Part shown: positions 47,019 to 57,000 of the stretch, one piece after another
Layout: every line of letters begins with the position of its first letter
Numbering within the stretch: the first letter of the stretch is position 1
DNA from: Thermoplasmatota archaeon
GTDB taxonomy: Archaea > Thermoplasmatota > Thermoplasmata > UBA10834
Length of the DNA: 64,000 nt
Direction of reading: 5' to 3'
Assembly: GCA_016930135.1 (NCBI GenBank)
Contig: JAFGHM010000055.1
Location: forward strand, 6,335-70,334
Notes under the pieces: model-generated
The model's database searches: none
What the model was told of the DNA's origin: nothing
Seen by the model: the letters and a program-made list of their open reading frames with translations, nothing else
Made by a program: the position numbers and the translations under genes

Positions 47019-47212
47019 GCATTCGCAAGGGACGTCCTGAGCCGCCCAGTCTAGCCCGGCCGCTAGAGGGTCTCATCATGCGCCCAAAACGAGTGCTGGC
47101 CGTCCCGTCTTCCCGTTATCGATGTGGCAAGCATCATTACTTGTAGTAGGACCTTCTAGACTCGCCTGCTGCGAGCGCAGTCAGTGCTCGCGCGAAAAAA
47201 GGAGAAAACGTA

Positions 47213-47398
47213 ATGAGTTACGGCACGTATGGAGGCGGCAGCCGCAGATATGACTCAGGTCCCAGGGAGATGCACAAGATAAAGTGCTCCGACTGTGGGG
47301 CTGACTCAGAGGTTCCCTTCAAGCCTACAGAGGGAAGACCTGTCTACTGCCAAACATGCTTCCAGAAGCACAGACCCCCACGAAGAGATTCGTTCTGA
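47213..47398 (+). CDS. Small zinc-ribbon protein (CxxC-x17-CxxC)
   Basis: KCSDCG...YCQTCF motif. A strong SD (AAAAAAGGAGAAAACGTA) sits upstream of the ATG. Confidence 0.6.
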   Translation: MSYGTYGGGSRRYDSGPREMHKIKCSDCGADSEVPFKPTEGRPVYCQTCFQKHRPPRRDSF

Positions 47399-47556
47399 TC
47401 GTTCAGTTCATTTAGGTGAATTATTCGTTCAATTCGTATTGATTCGCAAACCCCTTCATGATTCTTTTGACGGCCGTCTGGTGAGCTTCAGCTATTGGCA
47501 CATTCCGGGCCTTCATCCGGGCTCTCGAGCTTCCACCCTGCTGTCAAGAACGTAGT

Positions 47557-48999
47557 TCAGGCTCGGTTTCTCTCTCTAGCCCTCTCTATCACGGTCTCCA
47601 GCTGCTTCGAGATGTCTCGCGATATGATCGTCTTCTTCGGTTCCTTCAGAATTCTCTTCGTTTCCTCCCTCGCCTTCCTTGCCAAAGCGCCAGGAGCAGC
47701 ATGCATAGACTCTTCATTCCAGACAGCCTCCGGATGACGAGTGGCAGAGAGCTCTTGCTTGAACCGTCTCATCGTGTGCTTTCTCGCAAGGAAGTTGCCA
47801 TCCATTGCCGATTCTCGCACAGTCTCGATTGCGATCGCGTCGTCATCGATATCGAACTCGCGGATTACTTCGCGGGCGACATCCCATATCCATGCGTCTA
47901 TGACTATCTGTTCTAAGGAAGCTCCGGCACCGAGATCCAGGCCACCGATCCCGGAGGACAGATCCGAAGGTACTTGAGCTTCGATGATCATGTGGTGCAC
48001 GCCTTCTCTCACGCTGCCGAGCAGTCCTGACATGTTCTCGACTCCGATGCTGGCGCACATAACTGGGAGGCCGTAGTAACGCCCCATCTGCCCAGCTGCT
48101 GTTCTTGTCAGTATGCCCTCGATCGCTCTATAGTCGATGACGCCAATTCTGAGGTCTGCCGGAGCGGAGTCGCTGCTGTAGATCCAAGGCGCCCCCTTCC
48201 TGGCGGTTTGCGTGATCACGAGGCTAGCCAGATTCTCAGCATTTGTCTGGGTAATCGTGCCAGCGATGGTAACCGGGGCTGTCAATCCCGCCATCGCTGC
48301 CGACATCGCGACAACCGGAACACCGGCTTCAGCAAAAGCCACCTGAGCCTCAGAAAGGCCAGCTTCGAAGATGAGCGGTGAAATCGGGCATTGGACTGAA
48401 GAGAGAATCGGTCTCCTTGCCAATTCTCTCTCACCTCCAGCTACGATGGCTGCCATCTCGATTTGATCCAGTGCTGCCTCCGCGCTCAGCGCTTCACCCT
48501 GGATGTGTTTGCTGGTGTATTGCAGGGATGTCGCCAATTGGGCGATCGATTTCAGTCCACTGTCTGCAAACTCCTGCGCTCCAACGAGCTCCCAGAAGTA
48601 ATCTATCTGTGGCAGGCTCTCAACAACAATCGCGCAGTCACGAAGGTCATCGCGTGTTGTGGCTCTCGTTGTACCCTCAACGAGGTCTCTGAGGTGTACC
48701 CCCTCTCCCCCTGTCGCGACAAACAGGTCTTTGTTTGAGGGAATCCTCATGTCCTTTGCATCGCCCCTGCCCGCTAAGAGTATTGACTTCGGGACCGATG
48801 CGAGCGCTTCTCTTACCATCTCCTCACGGATCAGAAGACGTTTTCCATCGTTTGATCTGGTGGCTCCAGCGGCCTCGAGCATCTCCGAGACGGACGCGCT
48901 CCGCATCTGTATTCCTACTTCTTCCAGCAATCTGATGGATGCATCGTGCACGCGTTTGATCTCTTCCGGGCGGAAGAAGGTCATTTGTCCTCTGGCCAT
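47557..48999 (-). CDS. MttB-superfamily methyltransferase, second non-pyrrolysine paralog
   Basis: Uninterrupted ORF about 40% identical to 12319-13755. Start placed at ATG 48999, which has a GAGG SD. The ORF track extends 2 codons further to a TTG. Confidence 0.85.
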   Translation of the reverse strand: MARGQMTFFRPEEIKRVHDASIRLLEEVGIQMRSASVSEMLEAAGATRSNDGKRLLIREEMVREALASVPKSILLAGRGDAKDMRIPSNKDLFVATGGEGVHLRDLVEGTTRATTRDDLRDCAIVVESLPQIDYFWELVGAQEFADSGLKSIAQLATSLQYTSKHIQGEALSAEAALDQIEMAAIVAGGERELARRPILSSVQCPISPLIFEAGLSEAQVAFAEAGVPVVAMSAAMAGLTAPVTIAGTITQTNAENLASLVITQTARKGAPWIYSSDSAPADLRIGVIDYRAIEGILTRTAAGQMGRYYGLPVMCASIGVENMSGLLGSVREGVHHMIIEAQVPSDLSSGIGGLDLGAGASLEQIVIDAWIWDVAREVIREFDIDDDAIAIETVRESAMDGNFLARKHTMRRFKQELSATRHPEAVWNEESMHAAPGALARKAREETKRILKEPKKTIISRDISKQLETVIERARERNRA

Positions 49000-49209
49000 G
49001 CTCAAAACCTCATGTTGATGCGACCGGATTCAGGTTTCGCCATTCTCCTGATCGGCTCGGTGCCTTCCCTTGCCATATCCTCTCGAATCTGCACAAGAAC
49101 GGTCTCTTTGAGCATGGGTTCGGCAATTCCCCTCGCATCCGGGCGCAAAGAATCATCGGGTCGACTAGAAAGCCGATCAGTGTCGCCATGATCCTGATAT
49201 ATCCTCATC

Positions 49210-49842
49210 TTACCGCTTCCGATCCACGATTAGGGCGCAGACGTCTGCAATGACCTCTATCCACCTGACGGTATCAGACGACGGCATCTTACCGTTCCTC
49301 GGCTTGGATAGCTCGAGCCAGCCAATCAAGTCCCCCCCGCCGTCGTACATCCAAACGTCTATGTAGTCTCCTTCCATGAAATCTTCGGGAGATGCTCGCG
49401 GATAACCTAATGCAAGCGGCCTGTCGTACAAGTGCTTCTCATTTTCAGAGATTCCTTCGACCGGATCCAATTCGGAGATCCTGCCGATCTTCACAAACGG
49501 ATATCTGTCGTAGCTGACCATTTCTTCAGATGTATACTGCAGCTTTCGGAAGGCCATCTCAGTATTCCTGCTGTAGCCAAGGAGAACCTCGTACCTGTAC
49601 AAGCCATCCTTGGGGTTCTTGAGACCAATGGCAATTTCCTGGAAATCGAAGAGTCTGAAAATCGTCCTCGCCGCCTGCTCCAGTATCGACTTGACATCCC
49701 GCTTCTTATCTCTGGAGAGCTCTATGAGTCCCAGGATATTGTCGAGTATCTTCTCGAGATCGTTCTTTGGAACAGTGGAGAATCTGTTCTGCAGGTAGTT
49801 CTTGAACCCCCAATCTATCGGATCTTCTCTTCGGTTCGACAT
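49210..49842 (-). CDS. Stand-alone GAF-like domain protein
   Basis: 210 aa whose C-terminal strands GDLIGWLELSKP...VRWIEVIADVCALIV fit GAF topology. It sits upstream of MttB paralog 2 and is homologous to the remnant at 13831-14175. Confidence 0.6.
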   Translation of the reverse strand: MSNRREDPIDWGFKNYLQNRFSTVPKNDLEKILDNILGLIELSRDKKRDVKSILEQAARTIFRLFDFQEIAIGLKNPKDGLYRYEVLLGYSRNTEMAFRKLQYTSEEMVSYDRYPFVKIGRISELDPVEGISENEKHLYDRPLALGYPRASPEDFMEGDYIDVWMYDGGGDLIGWLELSKPRNGKMPSSDTVRWIEVIADVCALIVDRKR

Positions 49843-50477
49843 ATGGATTCACTGAATGCGCAGAACTTCTCGATACCTGTCTGGTGGAATGGGTTCCGGT
49901 CTATATCGGGTTGACGGCCAAATCGCCTTCCGGTTACTTGGGTCTTTCTTCCGAAGGCTCATTCTTTGTCTCGGAGAACATGATGGGAGGGAGAGGCGGT
50001 CCCGCCTCTGGAGGATTGGTGATGTTCGATGTCTCGTTGATACTGAATGCAGTAACCGCAGTGAGCATTGCTGCGGGCGCACTCTTCGCAATCATCGAAC
50101 CGCGGGATGTCAGGAAGGACAGGCGACTGGGACTGGCATTGCAAGCCGGCATGCGTTGGACGACCGGAGAGTATGGGGACGCTTACAGTAGGCTCTGGCA
50201 AGCCGATGCGAGTGATGCCAAAGAACTGGAGAAGCTTGCGAGAATGCATGAAGAGGAAACGCCTCGACCACGGCCTTCGGCAGCCATCTGTCCCAGACGG
50301 ACGGAATATCGCTGTCATCGGTACGATTCCGCGTGACTCGGCTCAGCCTACCGGTGTCAGATCGGATTCTCAATTCAGTCCGCGCGAGGACCAGTGCCAT
50401 ATGCCCAAGATTCGATCAGCGGTAGACTCATGGCCATGATCTTGTCAGAACGCAAGACCCAAGGCGTCAAGAGTCCT

Positions 50478-53400
50478 CTAAGTCCTTTTCCCTCTGATGC
50501 GCAGGATGCCCAACAGGAGGGCCATCGTCAAGGCTGGAACCATCAGCATCGGAAACTCGGGTATTGCGGGCGTGGGCATGATGGCAACGATACCACCGAT
50601 AGGGGCCTGGCCAGTACACGTGTAGTTGCCATATGTGGTAGTGTCCGTCGATATGAAGGTGTAGCCGGTCTCAGTCACGACCCACATGTATCCCGTCGGG
50701 TCGATCCCCAACCCCACATAGATGGTGGCGTTGCCTGGAGCAGGCGTGGGGAGGTCGCCAAGGGCGCTCCAGGTCTGGCCACCATCCGAGGAGTATCTTA
50801 TGTCGCCTTTCTCGCACAATACGAACAACCTGTCATCCGATGCGCCTGGCCCTCCGGGGATGTAAGTCAACTGAGCATGGTTCGAAGTCGCTCCCGTCGG
50901 GTTTGTGAGAGATACGAAGTTGTTGCCGTTGTTCGAGTAGGAGAGACATGTGTTCGGCCCAGAACGAAGCGCATACATGGTTCCCCCCGAGTACACGAGA
51001 TCCGTGAAGTCATCCACTCCGCTCGCAGCGAGGGCTTGGTAGGTCCATTGCTTCCCGTTCTTGTGAGCATCCATCAGCCAGAAATACGAGCCATTCTGAG
51101 TGAGTAGCCAAGCTGCCGCATTCTGGTAGAAAGACATCGACACAGCTTCAGAGTAGGTCGCTGTGTCTATCGGGTTGGTCTGGCCGACCATCCACTCAGT
51201 GCTTTCTTCGGGAACCCAATAGTATGTCCTGCCCGTGTTCGTAACGATGAATATGTCGCCTCCCTGGTTGCCGATGCTCACAGCTATGTCAACTATCCGG
51301 TCTCCCGGCTCGAGAGCGGGAGTCCCGAGATAGCTCCAGGTGGAGCCATCGTTCGACATGTAGGTATTGCCTGAGGCATCGACGACCCAAGGATCCAGAA
51401 GGGACCCTGCCCACGCCCAATCGCTCCTCACACGCCAATCGGTGGTCTCGACGATCGCCGCAAACGACGTCGCCCCTCCGATGTTTGCAGATGTCACGCT
51501 CACCTCGATCTGTTGCGAATAGACCGCAGCTGCGATGGTCGCAGTGGCCGGCGTCCACACGCCTGAGCTGTAGCTCATCAGTTTCCGAGAGACCAACTCT
51601 CCGTTCACGCCGTTCATTTCCAACAGGTAATCCGCCCCGATGACCTTGGCGGATCTCTGAACGAGCTTACCAGTTGCATTCGACAAGTCGCTGTCTATGT
51701 AGATTCTCATCACATCCTCGCCGGTCTTTCTGTGCGGGATGAGAGGCCCTCCACCACCCTGGTATACGGGCTTGCCCCTCGTGGTCGGGACATAGGCGCC
51801 TTGGAAGGCTTGCCCCTGGACGCTGACGTAGAAGAACGCGAATGCAGTTGTGTTCACGGATCCTGCCGCAGTCATGTTGATGTTGGGGTTCGCTACGGCC
51901 TCGCTGTCGCCGTCTGACGCAGTATGACCTGCCCAGTCGCCAAACGCTCCGTCGATCTGGATTGATGGCGGTGGAGAGGAAACGTAGGCTCTGACCGGTT
52001 CACCTATCACGACGACGTCCGTGAAAGTCGAGGTCACGCGTGTCGAGCCCAAGCTTGCCGATACGAAGCTCTGCGGAGGCTCCGCCGAGGAATCCACGAC
52101 TACGTCGACGGTCCTGCTCTCTCCTGGGTATAGCGATATTCTAGGGATGGTCGAAGCCAGGTCGGCACCGACAACAACAGGCCTTATGCTCTCGACGGTC
52201 CCTGATGTGCCTTGACAGGTGAGTACCAGTCTGGCAAGGGAGACGCTGGAAGCCGAGGGGATCAGGCCCGTCTGAGCGTCCACTCCTGGTCCCGGTTCCA
52301 GTTCGATCACCAGAGCGCCTCCCTTCTCAGGGACAGAGTAGCTGATCGATGATGACTGGTTCAGCAGGTTGTCCTGCGCGAGAAGGAAGAACCTGAAGTT
52401 GCTGGTGACAGTGACCGGCAGTCTCGCCTGTGCTTCCATTCTCTCTGCATCGATGGCAACCGAAAGGGAATCGATACTGTTCCAGCCGGTCCAGTTGAGT
52501 TGATCGTCTGCCGAATCAAATCGCATCAAGGAGGCGGACTCCACCTTGTGATCCCATCCGTGGATCTCGAGCAGGTAGTCCGCGCCTATGCTGGAGACCG
52601 AATACCCAGAATCGGGACTGCCATCGGAGTCGACGAAGAGGAAGAAGCTGTCGACATTCGGAGTCCCCATGATGTCACTCTCCGTCTTGAGGTACAAATA
52701 GAGAATGTCCGAGTCGCTCCTGACCGCCCATTCCTCGACAGACACCTCAGAGAGGGCAGCAGGAGCTTGCATCCCGAACTTGGCCGCGTGCGCCCACTCC
52801 TCGAAATCCCCGTCGATCGTCGTCTCATTCCCGTTCCAATAGGAGAGGTAGATGAATGCGGGAACGACGACCGCGAGAGCGACGATGATGGCGAGGAGCT
52901 GCCATCTCCGAGTGGTCTTCCTCCTTCCTGAACCGGAAGCGGTGACGCTATCCTCGATCCCCGTTCCGTCTGACATGCCGGTACCGTTCACGAGTCCGGT
53001 GCCAATAGTTGCTCTTCTGCCGTTCGTGAGGCCGGTCGCGACGACTGTTCCACGGCCGTTGACAAGGCCCTGGGTGCTGGTCTTCGCGGCTGTCGGAATC
53101 ACCTTTTCCGTTCTCGGATACCGCACAGGAGGCTCTTCCGGCTCGGAAACCGGAGTCGGTTCAGGCGGAGGCTCAGGCTCGCGAGGAGGCGGCGCAACAG
53201 CCATGGGTTCTTCGGGCACGACGATCGGAGGTGGAGGTGCTGAGACGGGGGGCGCGGGCGGAGGCTGCTCGGAAGGGGTCTTCCTCGCCTCCGCTTTGCC
53301 CTTCAGCGGAACCCCGCATCTCGGGCACGTTGTCACACCAGAATCTACAGCGAATCCGCACATAGGACATGCGCTCTTGATTGGGGGAAGACTGGTGGTG

Positions 53401-53567
53401 GGAATGCCTTCCGCGAAGAACTTCCTAGCCAATCCTCTCGAGCTGACTTCGGTCGCGGTCTTTTCTGTAGTCGATTCCTTGACCACAGTACCGCACAGGG
53501 GGCACTTCGTTACCCCCGGAGGAATGACATTTCCACAGAGTATGCACTTGACGACCTTTGCATCCAC
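50478..53567 (-). CDS. Giant surface protein 2 (1029 aa), paralog of 42413-46120, with a PEF-CTERM-like C-terminus
   Basis: It has two N-terminal zinc ribbons, a Pro-rich linker and GLVNGRGTVVATGLTNG repeats. The TM is WQLLAIIVALAVVVPAFIY. The ectodomain carries IDGDFEEWAH and FLFVDSDGSPDSGY motifs and Asp-boxes (MSNDGSTWSY, YSSDGGQTWSA). The end is PEFPMLMVPALTMALLLGIL-RIRGKRT. Confidence 0.8.
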   Translation of the reverse strand: MDAKVVKCILCGNVIPPGVTKCPLCGTVVKESTTEKTATEVSSRGLARKFFAEGIPTTSLPPIKSACPMCGFAVDSGVTTCPRCGVPLKGKAEARKTPSEQPPPAPPVSAPPPPIVVPEEPMAVAPPPREPEPPPEPTPVSEPEEPPVRYPRTEKVIPTAAKTSTQGLVNGRGTVVATGLTNGRRATIGTGLVNGTGMSDGTGIEDSVTASGSGRRKTTRRWQLLAIIVALAVVVPAFIYLSYWNGNETTIDGDFEEWAHAAKFGMQAPAALSEVSVEEWAVRSDSDILYLYLKTESDIMGTPNVDSFFLFVDSDGSPDSGYSVSSIGADYLLEIHGWDHKVESASLMRFDSADDQLNWTGWNSIDSLSVAIDAERMEAQARLPVTVTSNFRFFLLAQDNLLNQSSSISYSVPEKGGALVIELEPGPGVDAQTGLIPSASSVSLARLVLTCQGTSGTVESIRPVVVGADLASTIPRISLYPGESRTVDVVVDSSAEPPQSFVSASLGSTRVTSTFTDVVVIGEPVRAYVSSPPPSIQIDGAFGDWAGHTASDGDSEAVANPNINMTAAGSVNTTAFAFFYVSVQGQAFQGAYVPTTRGKPVYQGGGGPLIPHRKTGEDVMRIYIDSDLSNATGKLVQRSAKVIGADYLLEMNGVNGELVSRKLMSYSSGVWTPATATIAAAVYSQQIEVSVTSANIGGATSFAAIVETTDWRVRSDWAWAGSLLDPWVVDASGNTYMSNDGSTWSYLGTPALEPGDRIVDIAVSIGNQGGDIFIVTNTGRTYYWVPEESTEWMVGQTNPIDTATYSEAVSMSFYQNAAAWLLTQNGSYFWLMDAHKNGKQWTYQALAASGVDDFTDLVYSGGTMYALRSGPNTCLSYSNNGNNFVSLTNPTGATSNHAQLTYIPGGPGASDDRLFVLCEKGDIRYSSDGGQTWSALGDLPTPAPGNATIYVGLGIDPTGYMWVVTETGYTFISTDTTTYGNYTCTGQAPIGGIVAIMPTPAIPEFPMLMVPALTMALLLGILRIRGKRT

Positions 53568-53672
53568 TAGCTCTCAACACCTCGGGTGATACTGTGCGCA
53601 TTCCATCGTCCAATTGCAGGTCTTGATCTCGACTGTTTGCATGCGCACCGATTATTACTATTCACTAGGGAT

Positions 53673-53684
53673 GTATATATATAC
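53673..53684 (-). promoter_or_regulatory. TATA-like element (GTATATATATAC) upstream of giant surface protein 2
   Basis: An AT-rich palindromic TATA about 110 nt upstream of ATG 53567 in otherwise GC-rich DNA. Confidence 0.35.
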
Positions 53685-54021
53685 TGTTGCAGGTGTCGAA
53701 GAAGACATCGCAGAAAGCGGGGTGGAGTACCCCGGACCGACAGCCTCGATCCCCACAACGACCAGAGGGCCAGCATGCGTGGAAGGGAAGTAACTTCTTA
53801 TAGCGGCGATTTCTCCATCGTTTATGAGGCGCCAGGGTCCATCTATTTCAAATCGATTGAGGATGGTGGTCCAGGATGGCTGCTGGGCTACTTGAACCAA
53901 TAGGGATTTCTCGTATCGCATCCAGCATTGTTCAACCGCTAGCGCACTGCCTGAAGGGCATATTGAGCACCGGCAATGTCCGGATGAGAATCCGGGCCCC
54001 CTGATTGTTCATCTGCTCAGT

Positions 54022-57000
54022 TCATTTCGTGAATCGGTCGTCTGCGGTCTGCTCAGTCGCCTTCTGAGATGATTCGTGCACCCATGAGCGCCCAGAGGTC
54101 GTCCTGCGGTGGCTGTGGCTGTGCTCCTTGACCCATGCGTGGATGAGGACCTCAACCCCGGTGAAGTCCGTCTCTATGTCACCGCTCCAGACCATCAGCT
54201 TCTTCCTGTAGACCTTCTCGACGGTGTTGAGGAAATCCTTGAGGGTCTTCTCGATGCCTGTGGGGAGGTCGCCCCGATACACGACTGCGGTGAACACCTT
54301 CTGGCCCCTGCTCACGAGCACCTGGTACTCTTTGAACCCGAATATCTTGAGGGACTCGGCGCTCCTGGCCATGGAATCCTCGACGAAGTTCAGCACAGCG
54401 GTGAGCATACCGGACAATATGTTCTCGTCTATCTCGTTCTCTGTTCGGTGTGCGAGCCTGCTGATCAGGAACCCGTCGTTGTGGATCAGCATCATGTCAT
54501 GGACCACAAACGGCTTCTTGCGCCTGATGACAGCGTACGCCGAGAGGATGGCCGCAACACTCACTGAGGCGATGAGGCCCACCAACAGCAATGGCTCCTG
54601 GCGTTCGACGACGACGTTCTTCAGCACAGTGATGGTCACATTGTCAGTCCCCACGAGGTTATCCTGGTCGATCACCGTGACAGTCACCGTGATCGTCCTG
54701 GAAGCCTCTCCGTCTTCGAGAAAGCCGAGTGGGAAATCGAAGACTATGATCCCCCCATGCGTGCTGATGAAGTCGGGATAGAGGGAGTCGATGGTCCATC
54801 TGAAGTCGGTCAGAACCGAGTCCGGGTCCGTGACGTTCCTGTTCGCTTCGAGCAGCGACCTGGAGCCTTGAGTCACCGACAGGGAATCGGGCAGTCTCAG
54901 CACAGGCACGTCTGGAACGCTCACGACCGTGACGGGCACGGTGGTCTCCACGAGCGCGCCCTCTGGGTCCGTTGCCCTGAGGGTGAGGTTCGCGGAGCCG
55001 TACCAGTTCTCATCCGTACTGAAATGCACGGACCACTCTCCATCTGTGGACATGAGCTCCGCCCCGACATACGGCACTGACATGAAGCAGCTGAAGGTCA
55101 GAGGGTCGTTGTCCGTGTCCGTGAAGAAATCCTCAATGTGGCTGCTCACTGGGTAGTCCATGGGGTTGTCTTCGAGGAACGAGTGGCTCGGAGCGGCCAT
55201 CACGAGCTCGGGCGGGTAGTCGTCTGAGACCGTGACGTTTATAGTCCACCAGTCAAAGAGCAGGCCGTCGCTGACCGTGATATTCAATGGGACCTTCATG
55301 CCGTCCATGCTGCTGGGGAACTGCATGGACAACAGAGTCCCGAGAGTCCAAGCGTGCGGGTCATCGACGGTGACGACGAGCCCTCCCACGTCATTGTCCT
55401 GATCAGATATGTAGGGCCTCAGATCGAAGTTGTAGGTGAGATCATACCTCACGACCAGGTCCGGGACATCGGATATGGTCGGGGGTTGGTTGACCGAGAT
55501 CACCTTCATGCGGAGGGGGCTCTCGGCCCTCGCCCCTATCTCATCCTTCGCCGTGAATATGATGTACTCGTCTCCAGCCCAGTCAATGGGAGCGTAGAAG
55601 TCGACGGTATGGTTGGGCTGTATCAGCACCCCGACATGCGTGTTGCGGTTCGTGTAGTAGAGATTGGACCCGTCGGGATCCGTGAAGTAGTCGTCCAGAT
55701 CGAACACTCCTCGCTTCACCTCTCCCTGGAGCATCACCTGGTCCGGAAGTGAGCCCAAGGCCCTCGGCACCTGGTCGTCTGATATTGTGACCAGTATGAC
55801 AGTAGAGGCCGTATACTCTCCATCCGTCACGGACAGGAATACGGTCTGTTGTGTGCCATTGAACTGCTCAGGGTAGAGGATTGTGAGCCAGAGGTTCGAG
55901 ACATGGACATAGGGAGCGCTCACAGGGTCAACAGATACCGTCAGGTCGTCCTTGGGAGTGTCCACGTCCTTCACGTAGAACTCGAGGTTGTATTGGTACG
56001 GGTCGTCGTATCGCACGATCATCGGGTCGATGGGGTCGATCTTCGGCGGGTCGTTCACTGGGATGAGGTCGACTACGATGGCCCCCTTGGAACTCATCCG
56101 GTCCGAGTCCACCACCCAGAGGTCTAGAACGTTGATCCCGCACTTATCCTGTATCGTCGTGAACGTCACAATCGTTTCTCCAGTTCGGTTCTCACCCGTG
56201 ACCCTCACGAAGGTCTCGTTAGTCGTGTACCATCTGAGCTGGTCGAGGCTGTCCTCTTCGTCTGAGATGTAGGGGCTGATGTCCAGGGTCCACGAGCCCG
56301 AATCCTCCAGCTTCGTCTGGACCGGGATGTCTGAGGCGATGTCCGGAGGCAGCCTCGGGGGGGAGACGAGGATGAACAAGGACTTCGTCAGGCCGGCCGC
56401 ACTTGCCGTTAGGTATCCGGATGATTGCCAGGCCACGGTCGTCAGAGTGACTGTGCTTCCCGTCGTGGTGTTGATCGTGCCCAGCCCTGCGTCCGCGCTC
56501 CAAGTGATGGATGAACCCGATAGGGAGTTCCCGAACGAGTCGCAGACACTCGCATTGAAGACAGTGATCGAGTTCTCAGCCAGCCTCGTGACATCGGGCT
56601 CTATGCTGATGTAGCTAGCCGGCCCGGGGACGACAGTGATGCCCTGGCTCATCCCAGTCTCTCCACCACCGGTAACGAGCACCTTGATGGTCTCAGCGAC
56701 ATGGTATCTCTGGTCCGAGATCGTCAGCTGGCCGCCTGCCGGCACGTCAGCTTGCGTCACTGCCAGTTCCCCGGATGCACCCTCCATCCCCCAGGGATCT
56801 ACCGCGTGCAGCGTGACCGTGCCCGTCCACGTGGCCGTGTTGTTGTCCGAGTCCTTGGGCTCTATGTAGACCGAGAACGGCTCCCCGGCCTGCACCGTCT
56901 CTGGCGCTGACACATAGAAGAAGGCGTGGGAGATGCTGTACACCACCTCTATCGAATCTATCGATGGGGTGAAGGCGGCATCCGGTGTCCTCAATTCCGC

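Noticed and set aside
49977-50336. 120-aa single-TM ORF in the gap between the GAF-like gene and giant protein 2
   Set aside because: It is convergent with and abuts the giant-protein stop. The composition is Gly/Arg-rich and no start context supports it.
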